A stretch of DNA of 64,000 nucleotides, taken from NCBI RefSeq assembly GCF_006345805.1, contig NC_043005.1, forward strand, positions 1,364,001-1,428,000. Reading direction: 5' to 3'. Positions 12,809 to 24,664 of this stretch are shown in pieces. The notes beneath the pieces are model-generated. The model ran no database searches, was not told the DNA's origin, and saw only the letters and a program-made list of their open reading frames with translations. Every line of letters starts with the position of its first letter. The first letter of the stretch is position 1. The position numbers and the translations under genes are program-made. This stretch comes from Octopus sinensis. Taxonomy: Eukaryota.

Positions 12809-14459
12809 TTAATGCTACCAGGCTGATTTGGATTTTAAATTTGGGTAAACCACAAAGCCTTTCAGAAAGATTCTAATGATGACATTACAAACAAGAATGC
12901 TGAAATGCAAGTATTTTATAACAGAAATTCATAGAAATAAAGAACTTTGGTGAAATGAGATTGGTCTTCAACGACATAATGGTGACTAATAAACTAAAGA
13001 AAAGAAAATCTGTTAAAAAAAACTTCTAATTGAACCCCCACCCCCCCCAAAAAAAAACCAATCAACTCTAAATGGTTAATTACAGTTGCAGAGTGAAATT
13101 ATTAGATTCAAAAGAATTGACTCAGTAATTCTCTGCTTCAAAGAAAAAAGGAGGAAAAAAGCAAAAAGAAAGGTTTTCAAGGAAATGGATTTCTTTTCCC
13201 TTTTAATATGAGGAAACTACTTGACAGTCAATAAGCATAATTCTTTAGAAGCTAGATCTGGTTCTAATGTAGTAGTTGAGGTGGTTCAGTCTTTTACTAT
13301 GAGAAAAACTGGTACAATAAGGAGAAAGAAAGGACTGAGTTCAATGTTATGACTCTTTGAACAGAGGACAAATATCCGGCAGGCTTTATAAAACTATTTT
13401 ATATTCATCAACAACCTCTTTTCTAAACACAGACTGCTTACAGCACAATGAGAAGCCATGATTGAGGGCTTTATGCTTTCCTTTTATAAATTAAATGAAG
13501 GGTATAGCAATCCACTGGGTTTCATTCTTCAAGTTAGTGTCAGTGAATAATAGTGAGTGACCCCAAGTTTGAGGGCAGTAATTTAAAGTGATATTTAAGG
13601 TTTTATAGAAAGCCAATAGCTAGAAAGGGCCAGCACATTTCTTGGATTTAAAGCAGAAGCAAGCATGCAATAAACTTATTTGCAAGTAAAGATGTTCTTT
13701 TTATCAACATTATTACATAAGAATTAAAAAAAAAAGATTAAATAAAAAAATAAAAGACACAGCCTCATATTACTTTCCATTATTATATCAGTGAATGTCT
13801 TCTCGGAATTCAAAACCCCAAAAATGCCAAATGAACACATGCAATATTGAGTTAATTTTGAAATGTCAAACCAAAAAATGTTTTTACTGCCATTTAATGG
13901 TGGCTTCTCTTTATGATATTTTTACTTCATTATCTTAATTTTTTATTTTTTGTAGGTTTGATTTATTTTGATAAACAAATGCTTGTGTGTGTGCGCGCGC
14001 ACACTTGTGTGCATGTGTGAGTGCATATGTAGAACACTGCTGCTTCGGTTCATGACTTGCTTGTAGCTATGCATACGTTTGTAGAGATGGGTTTATGAGT
14101 TTATGTATATGTGTGTGTGTGTGTGTGCGAGAGAGGGGGGGGATTTCTGGATATATGTTTATGTGAAAGGAGTCATTGGTGTAGTAGTGAAGAATATAAT
14201 CTCTGGTGGGGTTGACTCAGCATTTGACTTCTTCTCATCAGAGAACCATTGAGTTAAGCATCACTAATTTAATTGAGGTGAAAGGTCAAACTGGTCAGAC
14301 ATAAGACTGGTCAGACATTTACTAGTCTGGTGTCAGCAAAGGTGAAGCTTTGAACATGCAGCAGCACAACACACCACACATCTGAGTGATTCATAGAATT
14401 TGGTTAACCTACATGACTAATAGCCAAGACCCACAGTAAAATTAGATCAATTTACATTT

Positions 14460-14580
14460 TACCATGCCAAATCAGACTGGAACCTGGTGCAGCCCTCTAC
14501 CATACCAGTTCCAGTCAAACCATCTAACCCATGCCACTATGGAAAGCAGATGCTAAATGATGATGATCATGATGATGATG
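14460..14580 (+). mobile_element. RTE 3' tail fragment
   Basis: cagactggaacctggtgcagcc...ccatgccactatggaaagcagatg plus (GAT)n tail. Confidence 0.75.
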
Positions 14581-16138
14581 GTATATTATTCTCACTGCAA
14601 GGATTGAGCATTTCAAATGTATTGGTTTCTCTAAAACTAACACTGTTGACCAGGTTTTCAATTAATATTTAGTATATTCTAGATCAGTATTATTTTCACA
14701 ATTAGAACTTCCATTCCACTGTAAGACTGGGTATTTGACTTCACTTGTACTGAAATTATGAATCTCCCTCAAGGTAATCTGCCAGGGTTCATAGGTTAGA
14801 AAATATTTTTGGCCAAAATATGAAGAAGACATTGCAGGTAAATCCTGCTGACCACCTCTGTCTTGTGTTTATGCCTTATATATTGAAATGAAATGTTGCT
14901 TGTCTCTATGTATGTGTGCATGTACAATTATTACAGAGTCAGAAATCTCAAAACATGTGAAAGAGAAACAGGAAATTTTGATATATGCGGATGTAATTGC
15001 AGAAGCGCAACAGGTGGTAAGGAATTGTTTCAGCAGGTAGCAAAGGCAGTACATACTGAGCAATGAAGAGCAGATGGAAGAAATAAATAGTTCCAGTTGG
15101 AAACATATAGTGGGTTCTAGACCCAATGTCTAGAGACACCATAAGTGTATCGTTGGTCTACTATGAGTATTCATGGTGACCACATACCCTGCCTAAACAT
15201 TAGCTGTGACAATTACTGGACTACCGATGGCATGGGAGTTAAAACCCTTGTAACAACTTGTGTCGAACTAAAACTATTTTTACAATATCTTAAATAACAT
15301 TTATTCTATAACTGATGTAGCAAACTTTATGGAACTTTTGATAAAACTGAAAGCATTATTCATGAGGTGTTTGTTTGTGAATGTCTGCAGTGAATATGGG
15401 TCACAAATAAGGCATTCTCTAGTTCAGGATTATGAAGCTGTAGAATTAATTGACAAACAACTGACAACTAGATGCCCATTCTAGTCATAGATACAATTTC
15501 ATTTCACATTAATATTTCCCAAGCCTGGCTTGTTAGCCTAACTCCAACCCTTCTCATTTCCCTCCATCCCAGACAGACTCCAAACCCCAACCACTAAAAA
15601 AAAATAAAAACGTGAAAATCCTAATTGTTTTTACAACAGCCTCTTCTGCCCTCTTACTGAACCCATCCTCAACAGTCAATCAGCCCAAAAGCTACTTGTA
15701 TATAATTAACATTCTATGTCCAGTTACACTTTTTAAATGTTATTATCTCTTATTAACTGTACTATTAATTTCTGTATCTGAGTTAAATCAAACCCCATTT
15801 CAATGCCTATACTATGCTATTGTATACAATAATAATAGATCCTTATCTTAAATGTCAGTCATCACCAATAAAATAACATTCATTGATCCAAAGCTATTCA
15901 GCATTACTGCAGCAGCATCTCAGAGACTTTTCCACCAGCCTCTTTCTATCTGTCTCCAGCCTTGCCAGTCTAACCACACGCAACACCATCAACACCCTTC
16001 CTACACATATTTCTCATTTCCAACACTTTCTATGCTCTGATTTAATTAACTTTTACAAATTCTACTAATGACCTAACTTTATCTGACCTTTCTTACATAA
16101 TATATATTGTATTGATATTGCATACACACACCTATATA

Positions 16139-16188
<50 letters not shown>

Positions 16189-16556
16189 TGTGTGTGTATG
16201 TATGTGTGTATATATATAAATGTGCATGTATAAGAGAGAGAGAGAGAGAGACCAGTCACAGCTTTGCAGAAGAGTAGCTACATTGGAGGTGGAATAGATA
16301 TAAAAACTATTTTTGGCAAACTACAGCCATATTGAGAAGGAATAAATGTATTAAATTTTGTACGCTTTACAGTTACAATGATGAAATTGAATGAAATTAT
16401 TTTAATTAGATAAACAGTTTAGATTCCCCTGCTATTTTCTAAGGACAAAAAAAGAAAAGCCATAATTGTTATTTATAAAGCCTGACTTTTACAAAATACT
16501 AAGTTGTTATGTTCATGCTTTTCCCTAAAGCAATCATCATTATTATTATTATTATT

Positions 16557-16686
16557 GTGGCTGGCCACAGGGGGTGGGTGTTACTGAAGCTTTTAGCCCC
16601 AGGAGATCGTCGTCTCCAGCTGGCTTTAGACGATGATCTCCTGGGGCTAAAAGCTTCAGTAACACCCACCCCCAGTGGTTAGCCAC
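16557..16686. repeat. Long inverted repeat (59-bp stem, 12-nt loop)
   Basis: Arms 16570-16615 and 16628-16673 are reverse complements at 45/46 positions; outer arms 16557-16569 and 16674-16686 extend the stem. Confidence 0.97.
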
Positions 16687-16749
16687 ATTCAGATGGCTAT
16701 TACACTTTACGTTGTCGAGCGGTTACTGTTTACATCTCGTTCGGAGATT

Positions 16750-16815
16750 TATTACTATATTATTATTATTATTATATTATTATATTATTACTATATTATT
16801 ATTATTACTATATTA

Positions 16816-16846
<31 letters not shown>

Positions 16847-16870
16847 ATTATTATTATTACTATATTATTA
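16750..16870. repeat. Imperfect (ATT)n tract (left flank of the RTE; right flank 18246-18480)
   Basis: Seen directly in sequence. Confidence 0.95.
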
Positions 16871-18245
16871 TCATCATCATCATCGTTTAATGTCCGTTTT
16901 CTGCGCTAGCACGGGTTGGACGGTTCGACCGGGGTCTGGGAAGCCAGGGGCTGCTCCAGGCTCCAGTCTGATCTGGCAGAGTTTCTATGGCTGGATGCCC
17001 TTCCTAACGCCAACCACTCCGTGAGTGTAGTGGGTGCTTTTTACGTGCCACCTGCACAGGTGCCAGGGGGGGTCCGGCATCGGTCACGATCGGTTGGAGC
17101 TTTTAACGTACCAGCGGCACGGAAGCCAGCCAAGGCGAGCTGGCAACGTTCGGATGGTTTTTTTATGTGCCACTGGCACAGGAGCCAGTCGGGGCGGCGC
17201 TGGCATCGGCCACGTTCGGATGGTGCTTTTTATGTGCCACCGGCACAGGAGCCAGTTGGGGCGGCGCTGGCATCGGCCACGTTCGGATAGTGCTTTTTAT
17301 GTGCCACCGGCACAGAAGCCAGTCGGGGCGGCGCTGGCATCGGCCACATTCGGATAGTGCTTTTTATGTGCCACCGGCAAAGGCATCACAACTACTATTT
17401 CCATTGATATTTATTTCGACGTTCATGTTCATGTACTTGACTCAACAGATCTCCTCAAGCACAGCGAGACGTTCTGGGTTCCGGGGTACTTTGAATGGGC
17501 AAGGGCTATGCGGAACTGATGCAGGAAGCAGCCCGGGTCTTTGCAGTCACGGCATATCTCCAGAGATCTCGGTCCTTCGCCATTGCCTCAGTGAGGCCCA
17601 ATGCTCTGAGGTCATGCTTGACTACCTCATCCCATGTCTTCCTGGGTCTACCTCTCCCCCTGATACTTTCAACTGTTTGGGAGTGGCACTTCTTCACACA
17701 TCTCTCCTCATCCATCCACAGCACATGACCATACCATCGCAAGCGTCGCTCTTGCACACCACATCTGATGCTTCTTATATCCAGCATTTCTCTCAGGGTG
17801 CTTACACTCTGTCGTGCGTGCACACTGACATTACACATCCAGCGGATCATGCTAGCTTCATTTCTTTCAAGTCTACGCATGTCCTCTGCAGTCACAGCCC
17901 ATGTTTCACTACCGTGAAGCATGGCAGTTCGCACACATGCATCATACAATCTACCTTTCACTCTGAGGGAGAGACCCTTTGTCGCCAGTAGGGGTAGGAG
18001 CTTTCTGAACTTTGCGCAGGCTATTCGTATTCTAGTGGTGATACTCTCTGTGAATCCACCTTCACTACTAACTTGGTCACCCAGGTAGCGGAAACTATCA
18101 ACTACTTCTAGTTTCTCTCCCTGGAGTGTGATGGAATCTGTTTTCTGAGTGTCTGTGGTGTCTATTGTCCCTGTGCATCTGCCGCACATGAAAGCTATCT
18201 TATCTGTTAATTTCCTTTTAATGTTGCTGCACCTGTTGTGCGTCC
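16871..18245 (-). mobile_element. 5'-truncated RTE LINE inserted in (ATT)n
   Basis: ORF 17506..18189 encodes the RTE C-terminus (VVDSFRYLG, LYDACVRTAMLHGSETW, RLRWYGHV, RGRGRPRKTW); 3' UTR with 67-bp tandem units; (GAT)n tail. Confidence 0.93.
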
Positions 18246-18412
18246 TATTATTATTATTATTATTATATTATTATTACTATATTATTATTATTATTATATT
18301 ATTACTATATTATTATTATTATTATAATATTATTATTATTACTATATTATTATTATAATATTATTATTATTACTATATTATTATTATTATTATTATTATT
18401 ATATTATTACTA

Positions 18413-18451
<39 letters not shown>

Positions 18452-18484
18452 ATTATTGTTATTATTATTATTGTTATAATTACA

Positions 18485-18841
18485 GGAAGTGAGCTGGCAG
18501 AATTGTTAGCACACTGGACAACATGCTTAGTGGCATTTTGTCTGTTTTTAAGTTCCGAGTTCAAATTCTGCTGAGGTCAAGTTTGCCTTTAATCCTTTTG
18601 GGAACAATAAAATAAGTGCCATTTGAGCAGTGGAGTTGATGGAATTAACTGGCAGCTTCTCCCAAAATTTTTGGCCTTTTGCCTATACTACACATTGTGG
18701 ATTTTTATTGTTTCTTTTTTAATTTTGTTAGTCTTGTTTACACGCAAAACCCTCACAACAACACATACACACATTCTTTGTTTTGTCCTGTTCTGTCCAT
18801 AATGTTTTTTTTAGTGTAAACCCTTGTGGTTAATCAAGAAA

Positions 18842-18872
<31 letters not shown>

Positions 18873-19560
18873 CATTATTGGTTTTAAATAAGAAATGGCA
18901 GCAACATATGATAAGTGAATAGCTTTCTGTGAATCTGCCGAGAGTTGGTGAGAAGATGAGACAAGAGACCGCTGCAACTTGAACCCCCCCCCCTGAACTG
19001 GAAGCATCCAAGTTGGTTTTGTGGAATCTGCTTCATGGTGATGTAAGAAGAGGTAAAACATTGACTCACCTACGTCAACAACTTGCCTGGAATGTATCCA
19101 GGATCGCAAGGCAGTGACCATGGAAGAATGATAAAGAATCAGGAGAGGGAAGGACTAAATAATGCCTTGTGGTATTTCATAACAACTCTCTACTTTTTGA
19201 ATTCAAATTGAGCCAAGGTCAACTTTACGGCTCACCTTTCTGGAAGTGTTAAAATAAAGTTGGGGGTGAAGGGGGTCAATATTGTATGTTCCCTTCCCCA
19301 AATTTAGGGCACAGTACCAATGTAAGAAATCAGTGTAAATTATTGTTAGGTCTGCTCGCAGAATTGTTAATGCATTGGACAAAATGCTTACAAGCAGTAT
19401 GTTCTTCTTCCAGTTCTTTAGGCCTGAGTTCAAATCCTGCTGAAATCAACTTTGCCTTGCATCCTTTTGGGATAAATAAAATAAGAACTGGAACTGTTGT
19501 AAGCAACTCCCCACTCCCTTCGAAATGACTGGTTTTGTGGCAAAACTAGGAACCATTGTT
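18485..19560 (+). mobile_element. Cluster of tRNA-derived SINEs, family B (about 18485-18690, 19140-19330, 19340-19560)
   Basis: gagctggcagaattgttagc (A box), gagttcaaattc (B box), core gtcaactttgccttYcatcctttYgggRtYgataaa. The core resembles the Meta/Sauria-type domain from memory, unverified. Confidence 0.75.
18730..18870 (+). repeat. About 130-bp dispersed repeat tail, second copy at 33360-33482
   Basis: tcttgtttacac.caaaaccctcaca...tttgttttgtcctgt.ctgtccata...gtaaacccttgtggttaat.aagaaatc followed by a triplet tail in both copies. Confidence 0.7.
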
Positions 19561-19959
19561 ATTATTTGGTGGTGGTGGTGGTAGTAGTAGTAGTAGGAGG
19601 AGGAGGAGGAGGAGGCAGTGGTAGTCATAACAGAAGCAATTTTTCAGCTTAGGTTTAAGGCTAGTTTTATAAAGGAAACAATTCAAGTGAACTGAAAGAG
19701 CTCTAGTGATTACTGATCCTTTTTCAGGTCTCAGAAAACCCTTTGTCTTGAAGTCTTTTACTGCTTTCAGTCACTGAGCTACAGCCAAGTCAGAGCATCA
19801 CATTCCAGAGTGATCGCGTCAGCCACTGAACTTATTCTCTTAATCTAAGAAGGAAGAAAGTTAAAACGTGAACCTGGACAGCTTTGAACTCAAATGGCTA
19901 ATTTTGTCACAATTTAAATATTTTGAGAATCCAGATAAGTAAAAAAAACAATAACAGAA

Positions 19960-20230
19960 GGTAATTTGAAATTTAAACTCCACTTTTTTATGTGCTAGCG
20001 CAATGTAAAAAGTACATATGCCACATAAAAAGCACTCAGTACTGATGCCGTGTGAAAAGCATTTAGTACACTTTGTAAAGGCATTGATATTAGAAAGAGC
20101 ATCTGGTGAAGGAAACAATGTCAAAATAGGAAATTGCAGCTTGGTGCAGTCCTCTGAGTTGCCAGTTCTTGTCAAACGGTCCAACCCATGCCAGCATGGA
20201 AAATAGATGTTAAATGATGGTGGTAATGAC
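19960..20230 (+). mobile_element. Degraded RTE 3' tail
   Basis: gtcaaacggtccaacccatgccagcatggaaaatagatgttaaatgatg terminus. Confidence 0.7.
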
Positions 20231-20699
20231 AACACTTTTTCAATTTGAAGAAGTGGCTGGTACTGGGCATTTTGTTATCTTTTCACCGAGAAGCTAAACC
20301 GAAAGAATATTCTGGAATTAAATGAAACTGATAACAACAAAACTAAAAAAAGGAAATGAAATATTGGAAATAAGCACAAAAGATTCTGCAGAAACACCAT
20401 CATCAACATCATTGTTATTTAAGAGATCCAGTTGCCATCATAGCTTAGAATTTAGTCCAAACCTACATTTTCAAAATAGACTGACAGTAAAGAATGTAAG
20501 ATAAATAATGCACAAGAATTACCCTTACCACTGAAGGCAGTGGATATCAGAATTAGTCAAATAGTACACAAAATGCTTTGCAGTATTTGATTAATATCCC
20601 AAATTCAGTCCCAACATATATTTTAAACTTCTAGATTTAATAAACCTCAGAAATATTGTTAATAAATGGAGTCAACTATACTCAGGCTTGCGCCAATAT

Positions 20700-21214
20700 G
20701 AAAAAATATTAAAATGCTAATGGCTCTCATGGCTTCTGATCTTAAGTCTTGGTGTAAAAGATGAGCTACAGCAAATATTTTGATCAATACCACAGATTTG
20801 GTTGTCAGTTGTTTGACCATAACCAGTTGAGCATGTCCCTTAGTGGATGACGATATGTGCATCTCTGATCATTGAGTAGAAGTAGTGGGTGAGCATCATA
20901 GTCATGGGTTGAGAGGAATTTTGTGGGGTTTGAATTATTCACTCTGGAAACACGAGTGTTTCATTCAGCATCCTTAAACAACCCTCATTCAGAGACTTTT
21001 TGAGTGGGATCGAACTGAAGAAAATTCTAACTGGGCCCCACCTGCAAGGTCATGCCCTTTTTATCGTGATATGAAATCATCATGTAGCACACATATGGTT
21101 GTGATGCATGTGTCTGGTGTAGCATTAGCAGATGGGTAGTCATGATGGGTATATTGGACTTCATATATTTGTACCCCAGTGTCACTTTGATGGCATGTGT
21201 GGCTCTCTCACCCA

Positions 21215-21253
<39 letters not shown>
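20700..21253 (+). mobile_element. About 550-bp non-coding retroposon-like element with (AAT)n tail
   Basis: Same element in reverse at 58287-59090; ends ...gtcactttgatggcatg..ctctctcac.c(aat)n. Confidence 0.8.
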
Positions 21254-21254
<1 letters not shown>

Positions 21255-22012
21255 CATCTGTGTTGCCCAAGAGCAAGCACTAAGAACAAACTACATAAAA
21301 TACAGAAAAGACAGCACAGCATAAAGTGATAAGTGCAGAATCTGTGGACAAAACGGTGAATTCGCATGGCATATTACCAGCCAATGTATGCTACTAGCGC
21401 AGAAGGAATATAAGAGACACCACGACAATATAGCCAGGCTTGTCCATTCGACACTTTACAACAAAGTATGGATTTGACAGAGCAAAAAATTGGTATGACC
21501 ACAAACCTGAAGGCATTATCGAAAATGGAAATGCAAAGATCCTATGGGATTTTGTGATTCAATGTGACCATGGGATAGAGAAGAGGAAGCCAGACATAGT
21601 CTTATTTGAGTAAGAAAACAAACTATGCTGGATCATAGACATAGCATGCTTAAGTGACAACAAGGTATGCGATAAGGAAGAAAGAAAAGTCGAGAGATAT
21701 GACAGGTTAACTTGGGAAGGTAAGCAGTTGTGATCGATGAAAAATGTAGCAGCAGTATCAATAATTGTCGAAGCCTTGGGAACAATGAGCAAAAATCTCG
21801 AGAAGTACGTGGAACAAATAGGGACTGCAATAAGGGTGGAACACTTGCAGAAAACAGCACTGCTTGGATCCGCTCGAATACTCCGGAAGGTGCTCGAAAA
21901 ATAAGAGGTGTTACCTTAGTTCACTGGTAGTGAACAGCTGACACTGTAGTACATCTCCAGCGTTAGAAGCTGTGCAAAGGCAATAATAATAATAATAATA
22001 ATGATAATAATA
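21254..22012 (+). mobile_element. R4/Dong-like (restriction-like endonuclease) LINE 3' fragment
   Basis: Peptide VAQEQALRTNY..CRICG..HITSQC.LAQKEYK.HD..KILWDF.IQCD..KPDIV..IIDIAC..LQKTALLGSARILRKVL (CCHC finger + PD-(D/E)xK); (AAT)n on both flanks. Confidence 0.88.
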
Positions 22013-22019
22013 AAATAAA

Positions 22020-22110
22020 GAGACTCTGTGAGACCTCTGACAACAGGCTGCTGTCCACTCCCATAGACCTAACAAGAGCAAACAAGACTAAGTGCTCTGA
22101 AAAGTAAAAT
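22020..22110 (+). mobile_element. 3' UTR fragment of the second R4/Dong-like family
   Basis: gagacctctgacaacagg..gctctgaaaagtaaaat matches 44775-44852. Confidence 0.6.
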
Positions 22111-22209
22111 GACAACAATGACCTTAGTCTGCAAGCTGTGGGCAGCTGACACTTTCCATCATATCCAATAAAATAAGCTGTGAGTTTTCATCAAATAATA
22201 ATAATGATG

Positions 22210-22850
22210 ATGGTTTCAAATTTTGGCACTAGGCCAGAAATTTAAGGAGAAGGGGTAAGCCAATGACATTAACCCCAGTGTTCAACTGGTACTTATTTTA
22301 TTGACTCCAAAAGGATGAAAGGCAAAGTCAACCTCAGTAGAATTTGAAATCAGAACATAAAGATGGACCAAATGCCACTGAATATTCTCTTGGCTCACTG
22401 CCCCAAGGCCCCAAATTTGGTAATTGGCTATAGGAATCAACTGATCCTTGGTTTTATCAACCCTAGAAGGATGAGCAGTAAAGTTAACCCTGACAGGGTT
22501 CTGACCTCAGAAATTGAAAAGCTTTAACAAAATACCATAGTATTTTGTCTAACACTCTAATGATTCTGCCATTCAATTAGCCTTTTACTAATAGACTACT
22601 ACTACTACTACTACTGAAAACAACAACAACAGCAATGGCTTCAAATTTTGGTACAGAGCCAGCAATTTTAGAGTGGGAGGGGATCAGTTGATTACATCAA
22701 CCCCAGTACTTGACTGGTACTTATTTTATCTACCAAGAAAGGATGAAAGGCAAAGGTGATTCAATGGGATTTGAACTCAGAATGTAAAGAGGCAAAAGAA
22801 ATGCTGCTAAACATTTTGCCTGATGCCATGCTAATGATTCTGCCAGTAGG
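22210..22850 (-). mobile_element. Three family-B SINE copies, minus strand
   Basis: ctggtacttattttat..aaaggatgaaaggcaaagtc..gaatttgaactcagaa repeated. Confidence 0.75.
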
Positions 22851-23206
22851 AAATGAATGAATCTATTGAATTCAATCTACCATTTTCTAAATTCAAATTC
22901 CTCTAGGGTTAGTTAATTAATACCTGAGGTCAAATTAACTACATTTTTAGCCTAGTACAAAAACTTTTTTGTATCAGGTAAAGAAAATTTCACAATTCTG
23001 AGAAAACCCTTAGAAAATAAACAAATATGGAAACTTATCCATTTATTTTAAACCTGAGGTTAGATGTTGAATTTCGAAACCCCAAACGCATGAATAAAGA
23101 CCCTTAATATGAGCATATCAATTTAAAATTGAATCTCTCACTATCAGCTTGTTTAGCTACTACTATTAGTAGCAGTAGAAGAAAGGATTATTATCATTAT
23201 TATTAA

Positions 23207-23632
23207 GGTGGCGAGCTGGTAGAATCGTTAGCATGCTGGGTGGTATTTTGTCCGTATTCACGTTCTGAGTTCAAATTCTACCGAGGTCAACTTTGCTTTT
23301 CATCCCTTTTGGGGTTGATAAATTAAGTACCAGTTGAGCACTGGGGTTGATGTAATCAACTTGACCCCTCCCCTGAAATTTCAGGCCTTGTGCCTTTAGC
23401 AGAAAGGATTATCATTATTATTATTATTTTTAGTGGCAAGATGGCAGAATCATTAGCACACCAGTTGAAAAGTTTAGTGACATTTCATTTATCTTTACAT
23501 TCTGAGTTCAAATTCCACCGGGGTCGACTTCTTTCCGAGTCGATAAAATAAGTACCAGTTGAGCACTGCAGTTGGTTTAATTGACTTAACTCCTCCCCAC
23601 AAAACTACTGGCCTTGTGCCAGAATTTGAAAT
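23207..23632 (+). mobile_element. Two tandem family-B SINE copies, plus strand
   Basis: ggtggcgagctggtagaatcgttagc..gagttcaaattc..taagtaccagttgagcactgggg, twice. Confidence 0.85.
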
Positions 23633-23671
23633 CATTATTATTATTATTATTATTAGTCTTAGTAAGTAGGG

Positions 23672-24645
23672 GGGGGCAGACAAATTACAAATCCCTTTGG
23701 GTAGATGGCCTTGCTTGATCTGTAGAAAAGGTGTAGGTAGAAACTCCATAAGAAGTACCTGGTGTAAGGTATGGATACGTAAGAGGTGCAGAGAGCTCCT
23801 ACCTCTGCTGACAACAAAGGGTTTCTCCTTCAGAGTGAAAGGTAGATTGTACGATGCCTGCATGTGAACAACTGTGCTTACATGGTAATGAAACAGGTTG
23901 TGACAGCTGAGGACATGTGTAGGTTTGAAAGAAACGAGGCCAGTACGCTTCATTGGATGAGCAATGTCAGTGTGCATGTACAACAAAGTGTAATCATCTT
24001 GAGAGAAAAGTTGGGCATAAGAGGCATCAGGAACGGTGGGTAAGGGAGACGACTGCGCTGGTATGGTCATGTGATGCATATGGATGAGGACAGCTGTGTA
24101 AAGAAGTGCCAATCTCTAACTGTGGAGGGAACATGTGGTAGAGGTAGACCCAGGAAGACATGGGACGAGGTGGTGAAGCATGATTCTTCAAAATTTGGGC
24201 CACACAGAGGAAATGACCAGTGATCAAGACCTTTGGTGATATGCAGTGCTTGAGAAGACCCGTGCAGCCAAGTGTAATCATAATCATGGCTGATGCTGGT
24301 GTCACACAACTGGCATGTAAAAAGCACCTTTCAAGCATTGGGCCTCACAGAGACAAAGTGACTGATGCTGAAGGCATGTGAAAAGGTCCTTTCAAGTGTT
24401 GGGCCTCACACAAGCAATGACAAATGACCGAGACCTTGGCATTATGCTGTGCTTGAGAAGAAGACCCATCAAGCCAAGTAAAATCACAGTCATGGCAGGT
24501 ACCAGTGTCACACAAATGGCACCCATGCCAGTGGCACGTCAAAGCACCCATTACACTCTCGGAGTAGTTAGCATTAGGAAGGGCATCCAGCCATAGAAAC
24601 CATGTCAAATCAGACTAGAGTCTGGTGCAGCCTTCCAGACATTAA
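23672..24645 (+). mobile_element. Degraded RTE 3' fragment
   Basis: GRWPCLICRKGVGRNSIR (partial PHD), RELLPLLTTKG, LRWYGHV, RGRPRKTWDEVVKHD, then 3' UTR; internal deletion. Confidence 0.85.
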
Positions 24646-24664
24646 ATAATGATGATAATGATGA

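Noticed and set aside
17030-17380. CRISPR-like repeat/spacer appearance
   Set aside because: The units lie within RTE 3' UTRs, the spacers are homologous to each other, there are no cas genes, and the context is eukaryotic.
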